Source of the DNA: Eledone cirrhosa | Taxonomy: Eukaryota | Reading direction: 5' to 3' | Assembly: GCA_964016885.1 (NCBI GenBank) | Contig: OZ024741.1 | Location: forward strand, 408,766,001-408,830,000 | DNA: 64,000 nucleotides | In this document: one piece after another, positions 1 through 12,880 of the stretch | Layout: the number at the start of each line of letters is the position of its first letter | Numbering within the stretch: the stretch's first letter is position 1 | The notes under the pieces: generated by a model | Told to the model about the DNA's origin: nothing | The model's input: only the letters and a program-made list of their open reading frames with translations | The model's database searches: none | Program-made: the position numbers and the translations under genes

Positions 1-2164
1 GACTGTGTACCTATTTTAAAAGGGAGACTGTACCTATTTAAAAAGGAACATTGTACCTATTTTAAAAGGAAGACTGTGTATCTATTTTAAAAGGAAGACT
101 GTACCTATTTTAAAAGGGAGACTGTACCTATTTTAAAAGGAAGACTGTACCTATTTTAAAAGGAAGATTGTGTACCTATTTTAAAAGGAAGACTGTGTAC
201 CTATTTTAAAAGGAAGACTGTACCTATTTTAAAAGGAAGACTGTGTACCTATTTTAAAAGGGAGATTATTACCTATTTTAAAAGGAAGACTGTACCTATT
301 TTAAAAGGAAGACTGTGTACCTATTTTAAAAGGAAGATTGTGTACCTATTTTAAAAGGAAGACTGTGTACCTATTTTAAAAGGAAGACTGTACCTATTTT
401 AAAAGTAAGACTGTGTACCTATTTTAAAAGGGAGATTATTACCTATTTTAAAAGGAAGACTGTATCTATTTTAAAAGGAAGACTGTGTACCTATTTCAAA
501 AGGAAGACTGTACCTATTTTAAAAGGGAAACTGTGTACCTATTTTAAAAGGGAGACAGTGTACCTATTTTAAAAGGAAGACTGTACCTATTTTAAAAGGG
601 AGACTGTGTACCTATTTTAAAAGGGACACTGTGTACCTATTTTAAAAGGGAGATTATTACCTATTTTAAAAGGAAGACTGTACCTATTTTAAAAGGAAGA
701 CTGTGTACCTATTTTAAAAGGAAGATTGTACCTATTTTAAAAGGAAGACTGTACCTATTTTAAAAGGAAGACTGTGTACCTATTTTAAAAGGAAGACTGT
801 ACCTATTTTAAAAGGGAGACTGTGTACCTATTTTAAAAGGAAGAATGTACCTATTTTAAAAGGAAGACTGTACCTATTTTAAAAGGAAGACTGTACCTAT
901 TTTAAAAAGAAGACTGTGTACCTATTTTAAAAGGGAGACTGTACCTATTTTAAAAGGAAGATGTGAACCTATTTTAAAACGGAGACTGTACCTATTTTAA
1001 AAAGGAGACTGTACCTATTTTAAAAGGAAGACTGTGTACCTATTTAAAAAGGAAGACCGTGTACCTATTTTAAAAGGGAGACTGTACCTATTTTAAAAGG
1101 AAGACTGTACGTATTTTAAAAGGAAGACTGTGTACCTATTTTAAAAGGGAGACTGTACCTATTTTAAAAAGAACACTGTACCTATTTTAAAAGGAAGATT
1201 GTGTACCTATTTTAAATGGAAGACTGTGTACCTATTTTAAAAGGAAGACTGTACCTATTTTAAAAGGAAGACTGTGTACCTATTTTAAAAGGGAGATTAT
1301 TACCTATTTTAAAAGGAAGACTGTACCTATTTTAAAAGGAAGACTGTGTACCTATTTTAAAAGGAAGATTGTACATATTTTAAAAGGAAGACTGTACCTA
1401 TTTTAAAAGGGAGACTGTGTACCTATTTTAAATGGAAGAATGTACCTATTTTAAAAGGAAGACTGTACCTATTTTAAAAGGAAGACTGTACCCATTTTAA
1501 AAAGAAGACTGTGTACCTATTTTAAAAGGGAGACTGTACCTATTTAAAAAGGAACATTGTACCTATTTTAAAAGGAAGACTGTGTATCTATTTTAAAAGG
1601 AAGACTGTACCTATTTTAAAAGGGAGACTGTACCTATTTTAAAAGGAAGACTGTACCTATTTTAAAAGGAAGATTGTGTACCTATTTTAAAAGGAAGACT
1701 GTGTACCTATTTTAAAAGGAAGACTGTACCTATTTTAAAAGGAAGACTGTGTACCTATTTTAAAAGGGAGATTATTACCTATTTTAAAAGGAAGACTGTA
1801 ACTATTTTAAATGGAAGACTGTGTACCTATTTTAAAAGGAAGATTGTGTACCTATTTTAAAAGGAAGACTGTGTACCTATTTTAAAAGGAAGACTGTACC
1901 TATTTTAAAAGTAAGACTGTGTACGTATTTTAAAAGGGAGATTATTACCTATTTTAAAAGGAAGACTGAACCTATTTTAAAAGGGAGACTGTGTACCTAT
2001 TTTAAAAGGAAGATTGTACCTATTTTAAAAGGACGACTGTACCTATTTTAAAAGGAAGACTGTTATACCTATTTTAAAAGGAAGACTGTACCTATTTTAA
2101 AAGGAAGCCTGTGTACCTATTTTAAAAGGAAGATTGTACCTATTTTAAAAGGAAGATGTGAACC

Positions 2165-5100
2165 TATTTTAAAACGGAGACTGTACCTATTTTAATAGGG
2201 AGACTGTACCTATTTTAAAAGGAAGACTGTGTATCTATTTTAAAAGGGAGACTGTGTACTTATTTTAAAAGGAAGACTGCGTACCTATTTTAAGAGGAAA
2301 ACTGTACCTATTTTAAAAGGGAGACTGTGTACCTATTTCAAAAGGAAGACTGTACCTATTTTAAAAGGGAAACTGTGTACCTATTTTAAAAGGGAGACTG
2401 TGTACCTATTTTAAAAGGAAGACTGTACCTATTTTAAAAGGGAGACTGTGTACCTATTTTAAAAGGGAGACTGTGTACCTATTTTAAAAGGGAGATTATT
2501 ACCTATTTTAAAAGGAAGACTGTACCTATTTTAAAAGGAAGCCTGTGTACCTATTTTAAAAGGAAGATTGTACCTATTTTAAAAGGAAGATGTGAACCTA
2601 TTGTAAAACGGAGACTGTACCTATTTTAAAAGGAAGATTGTACCTATTTTAAAAGGAAACTGTGTACCTATTTTAAAAGGGAGACTGTGTACCTATTTTA
2701 AAAGGAAGACTGTACCTATTTTAAAAGGGAGACTGTGTACCTATTTTAAAAGGGAGATTATTACCTATTTTAAAAGGAAGACTGTACCTATTTTAAAAGG
2801 AAGACTGTGTACCTATTTTAAAAGGGAGATTATTACCTATTTTAAAAGGAAGGCTGTACCTATTTTAAAAGGAAGACTGTGTACCTATTTTAAAAGGGAG
2901 ATTATTACCTATTTTAAAAGGAAGACTGTACCTATTTTAAAAGGGAGACTGTGTACCTATTTTAAAAGGGAGATTATTACCTATTTTAAAAGGAAGACTG
3001 TACCTATTTTAAAAGGAAGACTGTGTACCTATTTTAAAAGGAAGATTGTACCTATTTTAAAAGGAAGACTGTACCTATTTTAAAAGGGAGACTGTGTACC
3101 TATTTTAAAAGGAAGAATGTACCTATTTTAAAAGGAAGACTGTACCTATTTTAAAAGGAAGACTGTACCTATTTTAAAAAGAAGACTGTGTACCTATTTT
3201 AAAAGGGAGACTGTACCTATTTTAAAAGGAAGATGTGAACCTATTTTAAAACGGAGACTGTACCTATTTTAAAAGGGAGACTGTACCTATTTTAAAAGGA
3301 AGACTGTGTACCTATTTTAAAAGGAAGACCGTGTACCTATTTTAAAAGGGAGACTGTACCTATTTTAAAAGGAAGACTGTACCTATTTTAAAAGGAAGAC
3401 TGTGTACCTATTTTAAAAGGGAGACTGTACCTATTTTAAAAAGAACACTGTACCTATTTTAAAAGGAAGATTGTGTACCTAATTTAAATGGAAGACTGTG
3501 TACCTATTTTAAAAGGAAGACTGTACCTATTTTAAAAGGAAGACTGTGTACCTATTTTAAAAGGGAGATTATTACCTATTTTAAAAGGAAGACTGTACCT
3601 ATTTTAAAAGGAAGACTGTGTACCTATTTTAAAAGGAAGATTGTACCTATTTTAAAAGGAAGCCTGTGTACCTATTTTAAAAGGAAGATTGTACCTATTT
3701 TAAAAGGAAGATGTGAACCTATTTTAAAACGGAGACTGTACCTATTTTAAAAGGGAGACTGTACCTATTTTAAAAGGAAGACTGTGTATCTATTTTAAAA
3801 GGGAGACTGTGTACTTATTTTAAAAGGAAGACTGTGTACCTATTTTAAGAGGAAAACTGTACCTATTTTAAAAGGGAGACTGTGTACCTATTTCAAAAGG
3901 AAGACTGTACCTATTTTAAAAGGGAAACTGTGTACCTATTTTAAAAGGGAGACTGTGTACCTATTTTAAAAGGAAGACTGTACCTATTTTAAAAGGAAGA
4001 CTGTGTACCTATTTTAAAAGGAAGATTGTACCTATTTTAAAAGGAAGACTGTACCTATTTTAAAAGGAAGACTGTGTACCTATTTTAAAAGGAAGACTGT
4101 ACCTATTTTAAAAGGGAGACTGTGTACCTATTTTAAAAGGAAGAATGTACCTATTTTAAAAGGAAGACTGTACCTATTTTAAAAGGAAGACTGTACCTAT
4201 TTTAAAAAGAAGACTGTGTACCTATTTTAAAAGGGAGACTGTACCTATTTTAAAAGGAAGATGTGAACCTATTTTAAAACGGAGACTGTACCTATTTTAA
4301 AAGGGAGACTGTACCTATTTTAAAAGGAAGACTGTGTACCTATTTAAAAATGAAGACCGTGTACCTATTTTAAAAGGGAGACTGTACCTATTTTAAAAGG
4401 AAGACTGTGTACCTATTTAAAAATGAAGACCGTGTACCTATTTTAAAACGGAGACTGTACCTATTTTAATAGGGAGACTGTACCTATTTTAAAAGGAAGA
4501 CTGTGTATCTATTTTAAAAGGGAGACTGTGTACTTATTTTAAAAGGAAGACTGCGTACCTATTTTAAGAGGAAAACTGTACCTATTTTAAAAGGGAGACT
4601 GTGTACCTATTTCAAAAGGAAGACTGTACCTATTTTAAAAGGGAAACTGTGTACCTATTTTAAAAGGGAGACTGTGTACCTATTTTAAAAGGAAGACTGT
4701 ACCTATTTTAAAAGGGAGACTGTGTACCTATTTTAAAAGGGAGACTGTGTACCTATTTTAAAAGGGAGATTATTACCTATTTTAAAAGGAAGACTGTACC
4801 TATTTTAAAAGGAAGCCTGTGTACCTATTTTAAAAGGAAGATTGTACCTATTTTAAAAGGAAGATGTGAACCTATTGTAAAACGGAGACTGTACCTATTT
4901 TAAAAGGAAGATTGTACCTATTTTAAAAGGAAACTGTGTACCTATTTTAAAAGGGAGACTGTGTACCTATTTTAAAAGGAAGACTGTACCTATTTTAAAA
5001 GGGAGACTGTGTACCTATTTTAAAAGGGAGATTATTACCTATTTTAAAAGGAAGACTGTACCTATTTTAAAAGGAAGACTGTGTACCTATTTTAAAAGGG

Positions 5101-6720
5101 AGATTATTACCTATTTTAAAAGGAAGGCTGTACCTATTTTAAAAGGAAGACTGTGTACCTATTTTAAAAGGGAGATTATTACCTATTTTAAAAGGAAGAC
5201 TGTACCTATTTTAAAAGGGAGACTGTGTACCTATTTTAAAAGGGAGATTATTACCTATTTTAAAAGGAAGACTGTACCTATTTTAAAAGGAAGACTGTGT
5301 ACCTATTTTAAAAGGAAGATTGTACCTATTTTAAAAGGAAGACTGTACCTATTTTAAAAGGAAGACTGTGTACCTATTTTAAAAGGAAGACTGTACCTAT
5401 TTTAAAAGGGAGACTGTGTACCTATTTTAAAAGGAAGAATGTACCTATTTTAAAAGGAAGACTGTACCTATTTTAAAAGGAAGACTGTACCTATTTTAAA
5501 AAGAAGACTGTGTACCTATTTTAAAAGGGAGACTGTACCTATTTTAAAAGGAAGATGTGAACCTATTTTAAAACGGAGACTGTACCTATTTTAAAAGGGA
5601 GACTGTACCTATTTTAAAAGGAAGACTGTGTACCTATTTTAAAAGGAAGACCGTGTACCTATTTTAAAAGGGAGACTGTACCTATTTTAAAAGGAAGACT
5701 GTACCTATTTTAAAAGGAAGACTGTGTACCTATTTTAAAAGGGAGACTGTACCTATTTTAAAAAGAACACTGTACCTATTTTAAAAGGAAGATTGTGTAC
5801 CTAATTTAAATGGAAGACTGTGTACCTATTTTAAAAGGAAGACTGTACCTATTTTAAAAGGAAGACTGTGTACCTATTTTAAAAGGGAGATTATTACCTA
5901 TTTTAAAAGGAAGACTGTACCTATTTTAAAAGGAAGACTGTGTACCTATTTTAAAAGGAAGATTGTACCTATTTTAAAAGGAAGCCTGTGTACCTATTTT
6001 AAAAGGAAGATTGTACCTATTTTAAAAGGAAGATGTGAACCTATTTTAAAACGGAGACTGTACCTATTTTAAAAGGGAGACTGTACCTATTTTAAAAGGA
6101 AGACTGTGTATCTATTTTAAAAGGGAGACTGTGTACTTATTTTAAAAGGAAGACTGTGTACCTATTTTAAGAGGAAAACTGTACCTATTTTAAAAGGGAG
6201 ACTGTGTACCTATTTCAAAAGGAAGACTGTACCTATTTTAAAAGGGAAACTGTGTACCTATTTTAAAAGGGAGACTGTGTACCTATTTTAAAAGGAAGAC
6301 TGTACCTATTTTAAAAGGAAGACTGTGTACCTATTTTAAAAGGAAGATTGTACCTATTTTAAAAGGAAGACTGTACCTATTTTAAAAGGAAGACTGTGTA
6401 CCTATTTTAAAAGGAAGACTGTACCTATTTTAAAAGGGAGACTGTGTACCTATTTTAAAAGGAAGAATGTACCTATTTTAAAAGGAAGACTGTACCTATT
6501 TTAAAAGGAAGACTGTACCTATTTTAAAAAGAAGACTGTGTACCTATTTTAAAAGGGAGACTGTACCTATTTTAAAAGGAAGATGTGAACCTATTTTAAA
6601 ACGGAGACTGTACCTATTTTAAAAGGGAGACTGTACCTATTTTAAAAGGAAGACTGTGTACCTATTTAAAAATGAAGACCGTGTACCTATTTTAAAAGGG
6701 AGACTGTACCTATTTTAAAA
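2165..6720. repeat. Tandem higher-order duplication, period ~2.27-2.32 kb
   Basis: CCTATTGTAAAACGG at 2597 and 4871 (offset 2274); AATTTAAATGG at 3481 and 5803 (offset 2322, i.e. one extra 48-bp dimer). Confidence 0.85.
2731..3018. repeat. 72-bp trimer (25+24+23 bp) x4 module, recurring throughout domain A
   Basis: GATTATT starts at 2756, 2828, 2900 and 2972, exactly 72 bp apart. The second unit carries the GGCTG variant. The same module recurs near 5005, 8713, 11613, 13095, 15395 and elsewhere. Confidence 0.9.
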
Positions 6721-7079
6721 GGACGACTGTACCTATTTTAAAAGGAAGACTGTGTACCTATTTTAAAAGGGAGACTGTACCTATTTTAAAAAGAACACTG
6801 TACCTATTTTAAAAGGAAGATTGTGTACCTATTTTAAATGGAAGACTGTGTACCTATTTTAAAAGGAAGACTGTACCTATTTTAAAAAGAAGACTGTGTA
6901 CCTATTTTAAAAGGGAGATTATTACCTATTTTAAAAGGAAGACTGTACCTTTTTTAAAAGGAAGACTGTGTACCTATTTTAAAAGGAAGATTGTACCTAT
7001 TTTAAAAGGAAGACTGTACCTATTTTAAAAGGGAGACTGTGTACCTATTTTAAATGGAAGAATGTACCTATTTTAAAAG

Positions 7080-10000
7080 GAAGACTGTACCTATTTTAAA
7101 AGGAAGACTGTACCTATTTTGAAAAGAAGACTGTGTACCTATTTTAAAAGGGAGACTGTACCTATTTAAAAAGGAACATTGTACCTATTTTAAAAGGAAG
7201 ACTGTGTATCTATTTTAAAAGGAAGACTGTACCTATTTTAAAAGGGAGACTGTACCTATTTTAAAAGGAAGACTGTACCTATTTTAAAAGGAAGATTGTG
7301 TACCTATTTTAAAAGGAAGACTGTGTACCTATTTTAAAAGGAAGACTGTACCTATTTTAAAAGGAAGACTGTGTACCTATTTTAAAAGGGAGATTATTAC
7401 CTATTTTAAAAGGAAGACTGTACCTATTTTAAAAGGAAGACTGTGTACCTATTTTAAAAGGAAGATTGTGTACCTATTTTAAAAGGAAGACTGTGTACCT
7501 ATTTTAAAAGGAAGACTGTACCTATTTTAAAAGTAAGACTGTGTACCTATTTTAAAAGGGAGATTATTACCTATTTTAAAAGGAAGACTGTACCTATTTT
7601 AAAAGGAAGACTGTGTACCTATTTTAAAAGGAAGATTGTACCTATTTTAAAAGGACGACTGTACCTATTTTAAAAGGAAGACTGTTATACCTATTTTAAA
7701 AGGAAGACTGTACCTATTTTAAAAGGAAGACTGTACCTATTTTAAAAAGAAGACTGTGTACCTATTTTAAAAGGGAGACTGTACCTATTTAAAAAGGAAC
7801 ATTGTACCTATTTTAAAAGGAAGACTGTGTACCTATTTTAAAAGGAAGACTGTACCTATTTTAAAAGGGAGACTGTACCTATTTTAAAAGGAAGAGTGTG
7901 TACCTATTTTAAAAGGAAGACTGTACCTATTTTAAAAGGAAGCCTGTGTACCTATTTTAAAAGGAAGATTGTACCTATTTTAAAAGGAAGATGTGAACCT
8001 ATTTTAAAACGGAGACTGTACCTATTTTAATAGGGAGACTGTACCTATTTTAAAAGGAAGACTGTGTATCTATTTTAAAAGGGAGACTGTGTACTTATTT
8101 TAAAAGGAAGACTGCGTACCTATTTTAAGAGGAAAACTGTACCTATTTTAAAAGGGAGACTGTGTACCTATTTCAAAAGGAAGACTGTACCTATTTTAAA
8201 AGGGAAACTGTGTACCTATTTTAAAAGGGAGACTGTGTACCTATTTTAAAAGGAAGACTGTACCTATTTTAAAAGGGAGACAGTGTACCTATTTTAAAAG
8301 GGAGACTGTGTACCTATTTTAAAAGGGAGATTATTACCTATTTTAAAAGGAAGACTGTACCTATTTTAAAAGGAAGCCTGTGTACCTATTTTAAAAGGAA
8401 GATTGTACCTATTTTAAAAGGAAGATGTGAACCTATTTTAAAACGGAGACTGTACCTATTTTAAAAGGGAGACTGTACCTATTTTAAAAGGAAGACTGTG
8501 TATCTATTTTAAAAGGGAGACTGTGTACTTATTTTAAAAGGAAGACTGCGTACCTATTTTAAGAGGAAAACTGTACCTATTTTAAAAGGGAGACTGTGTA
8601 CCTATTTCAAAAGGAAGACTGTACCTATTTTAAAAGGGAAACTGTGTACCTATTTTAAAAGGGAGACTGTGTACCTATTTTAAAAGGAAGACTGTACCTA
8701 TTTTAAAAGGGAGACTGTGTACCTATTTTAAAAGGGAGATTATTACCTATTTTAAAAGGAAGACTGTACCTATTTTAAAAGGAAGACTGTGTACCTATTT
8801 TAAAAGGGAGATTATTACCTATTTTAAAAGGAAGGCTGTACCTATTTTAAAAGGAAGACTGTGTACCTATTTTAAAAGGGAGATTATTACCTATTTTAAA
8901 AGGAAGACTGTACCTATTTTAAAAGGGAGACTGTGTACCTATTTTAAAAGGGAGATTATTACCTATTTTAAAAGGAAGACTGTACCTATTTTAAAAGGAA
9001 GACTGTGTACCTATTTTAAAAGGAAGATTGTACCTATTTTAAAAGGAAGACTGTACCTATTTTAAAAGGAAGACTGTGTACCTATTTTAAAAGGAAGACT
9101 GTACCTATTTTAAAAGGGAGACTGTGTACCTATTTTAAAAGGAAGAATGTACCTATTTTAAAAGGAAGACTGTACCTATTTTAAAAGGAAGACTGTACCT
9201 ATTTTAAAAAGAAGACTGTGTACCTATTTTAAAAGGGAGACTGTACCTATTTTAAAAGGAAGATGTGAACCTATTTTAAAACGGAGACTGTACCTATTTT
9301 AAAAGGGAGACTGTACCTATTTTAAAAGGAAGACTGTGTACCTATTTTAAAAGGAAGACCGTGTACCTATTTTAAAAGGGAGACTGTACCTATTTTAAAA
9401 GGAAGACTGTACCTATTTTAAAAGGAAGACTGTGTACCTATTTTAAAAGGGAGACTGTACCTATTTTAAAAAGAACACTGTACCTATTTTAAAAGGAAGA
9501 TTGTGTACCTATTTTAAATGGAAGACTGTGTACCTATTTTAAAAGGAAGACTGTACCTATTTTAAAAGGAAGACTGTGTACCTATTTTAAAAGGAAGATT
9601 GTACCTATTTTAAAAGGAAGATGTGAACCTATTTTAAAACGGAGACTGTACCTATTTTAATAGGGAGACTGTACCTATTTTAAAAGGAAGACTGTGTATC
9701 TATTTTAAAAGGGAGACTGTGTACTTATTTTAAAAGGAAGACTGCGTACCTATTTTAAGAGGAAAACTGTACCTATTTTAAAAGGGAGACTGTGTACCTA
9801 TTTCAAAAGGAAGACTGTACCTATTTTAAAAGGGAAACTGTGTACCTATTTTAAAAGGGAGACTGTGTACCTATTTTAAAAGGAAGACTGTACCTATTTT
9901 AAAAGGGAGACTGTGTACCTATTTTAAAAGGGAGACTGTGTACCTATTTTAAAAGGGAGATTATTACCTATTTTAAAAGGAAGACTGTACCTATTTTAAA

Positions 10001-12880
10001 AGGAAGACTGTACCTATTTTGAAAAGAAGACTGTGTACCTATTTTAAAAGGGAGACTGTACCTATTTAAAAAGGAACATTGTACCTATTTTAAAAGGAAG
10101 ACTGTGTATCTATTTTAAAAGGAAGACTGTACCTATTTTAAAAGGGAGACTGTACCTATTTTAAAAGGAAGACTGTACCTATTTTAAAAGGAAGATTGTG
10201 TACCTATTTTAAAAGGAAGACTGTGTACCTATTTTAAAAGGAAGACTGTACCTATTTTAAAAGGAAGACTGTGTACCTATTTTAAAAGGGAGATTATTAC
10301 CTATTTTAAAAGGAAGACTGTACCTATTTTAAAAGGAAGACTGTGTACCTATTTTAAAAGGAAGATTGTGTACCTATTTTAAAAGGAAGACTGTGTACCT
10401 ATTTTAAAAGGAAGACTGTACCTATTTTAAAAGTAAGACTGTGTACCTATTTTAAAAGGGAGATTATTACCTATTTTAAAAGGAAGACTGTACCTATTTT
10501 AAAAGGAAGACTGTGTACCTATTTTAAAAGGAAGATTGTACCTATTTTAAAAGGACGACTGTACCTATTTTAAAAGGAAGACTGTTATACCTATTTTAAA
10601 AGGAAGACTGTACCTATTTTAAAAGGAAGACTGTACCTATTTTAAAAAGAAGACTGTGTACCTATTTTAAAAGGGAGACTGTACCTATTTAAAAAGGAAC
10701 ATTGTACCTATTTTAAAAGGAAGACTGTGTACCTATTTTAAAAGGAAGACTGTACCTATTTTAAAAGGGAGACTGTACCTATTTTAAAAGGAAGAGTGTG
10801 TACCTATTTTAAAAGGAAGACTGTACCTATTTTAAAAGGAAGCCTGTGTACCTATTTTAAAAGGAAGATTGTACCTATTTTAAAAGGAAGATGTGAACCT
10901 ATTTTAAAACGGAGACTGTACCTATTTTAATAGGGAGACTGTACCTATTTTAAAAGGAAGACTGTGTATCTATTTTAAAAGGGAGACTGTGTACTTATTT
11001 TAAAAGGAAGACTGCGTACCTATTTTAAGAGGAAAACTGTACCTATTTTAAAAGGGAGACTGTGTACCTATTTCAAAAGGAAGACTGTACCTATTTTAAA
11101 AGGGAAACTGTGTACCTATTTTAAAAGGGAGACTGTGTACCTATTTTAAAAGGAAGACTGTACCTATTTTAAAAGGGAGACAGTGTACCTATTTTAAAAG
11201 GGAGACTGTGTACCTATTTTAAAAGGGAGATTATTACCTATTTTAAAAGGAAGACTGTACCTATTTTAAAAGGAAGCCTGTGTACCTATTTTAAAAGGAA
11301 GATTGTACCTATTTTAAAAGGAAGATGTGAACCTATTTTAAAACGGAGACTGTACCTATTTTAAAAGGGAGACTGTACCTATTTTAAAAGGAAGACTGTG
11401 TATCTATTTTAAAAGGGAGACTGTGTACTTATTTTAAAAGGAAGACTGCGTACCTATTTTAAGAGGAAAACTGTACCTATTTTAAAAGGGAGACTGTGTA
11501 CCTATTTCAAAAGGAAGACTGTACCTATTTTAAAAGGGAAACTGTGTACCTATTTTAAAAGGGAGACTGTGTACCTATTTTAAAAGGAAGACTGTACCTA
11601 TTTTAAAAGGGAGACTGTGTACCTATTTTAAAAGGGAGATTATTACCTATTTTAAAAGGAAGACTGTACCTATTTTAAAAGGAAGACTGTGTACCTATTT
11701 TAAAAGGGAGATTATTACCTATTTTAAAAGGAAGGCTGTACCTATTTTAAAAGGAAGACTGTGTACCTATTTTAAAAGGGAGATTATTACCTATTTTAAA
11801 AGGAAGACTGTACCTATTTTAAAAGGGAGACTGTGTACCTATTTTAAAAGGGAGATTATTACCTATTTTAAAAGGAAGACTGTACCTATTTTAAAAGGAA
11901 GACTGTGTACCTATTTTAAAAGGAAGATTGTACCTATTTTAAAAGGAAGACTGTACCTATTTTAAAAGGAAGACTGTGTACCTATTTTAAAAGGAAGACT
12001 GTACCTATTTTAAAAGGGAGACTGTGTACCTATTTTAAAAGGAAGAATGTACCTATTTTAAAAGGAAGACTGTACCTATTTTAAAAGGAAGACTGTACCT
12101 ATTTTAAAAAGAAGACTGTGTACCTATTTTAAAAGGGAGACTGTACCTATTTTAAAAGGAAGATGTGAACCTATTTTAAAACGGAGACTGTACCTATTTT
12201 AAAAGGGAGACTGTACCTATTTTAAAAGGAAGACTGTGTACCTATTTTAAAAGGAAGACCGTGTACCTATTTTAAAAGGGAGACTGTACCTATTTTAAAA
12301 GGAAGACTGTACCTATTTTAAAAGGAAGACTGTGTACCTATTTTAAAAGGGAGACTGTACCTATTTTAAAAAGAACACTGTACCTATTTTAAAAGGAAGA
12401 TTGTGTACCTATTTTAAATGGAAGACTGTGTACCTATTTTAAAAGGAAGACTGTACCTATTTTAAAAGGAAGACTGTGTACCTATTTTAAAAGGAAGATT
12501 GTACCTATTTTAAAAGGAAGATGTGAACCTATTTTAAAACGGAGACTGTACCTATTTTAATAGGGAGACTGTACCTATTTTAAAAGGAAGACTGTGTATC
12601 TATTTTAAAAGGGAGACTGTGTACTTATTTTAAAAGGAAGACTGCGTACCTATTTTAAGAGGAAAACTGTACCTATTTTAAAAGGGAGACTGTGTACCTA
12701 TTTCAAAAGGAAGACTGTACCTATTTTAAAAGGGAAACTGTGTACCTATTTTAAAAGGGAGATTGTGTACCTATTTTAAAAGGAAGACTGTACCTATTTT
12801 AAAAGGGAGACTGTGTACCTATTTTAAAAGGGAGACTGTGTACCTATTTTAAAAGGGAGATTATTACCTATTTTAAAAGG
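7080..12880. repeat. Near-perfect 2,900-bp tandem duplication
   Basis: Markers at a constant 2900 offset: GAAAAGAAG 7121/10021, ACTGTTATAC 7681/10581, GAAGAGTGTG 7891/10791, CAGTGTACC 8281/11181, TAGGGAGACT 9661/12561. I noticed only one substitution (9863 C vs 12763 T). Confidence 0.92.
7920..8720. repeat. 434-bp (~18-monomer) internally duplicated variant-rich cassette
   Basis: The series GCCTG / GATGTGAA / CGGA / TATCT / TACTT / GCGT / AAGAGG / TTCAAAA / GGGAAAC starts at 7942 and again at 8376. Only the first copy has TAATAGG. Confidence 0.85.

Noticed and set aside
14-21. Phased A-tract curvature
   Set aside because: T4A4 (central TpA step) is known to produce little macroscopic bending compared with A4T4, and ~24-bp spacing is out of phase with the 10.5-bp helical repeat.
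10-23. CArG box / MEF2 or TATA-like regulatory array
   Set aside because: The core is CC(A/T)10GG rather than CC(A/T)6GG, CTATTTTAAA misses the MEF2 YTA(W)4TAR consensus, and there is no gene context.
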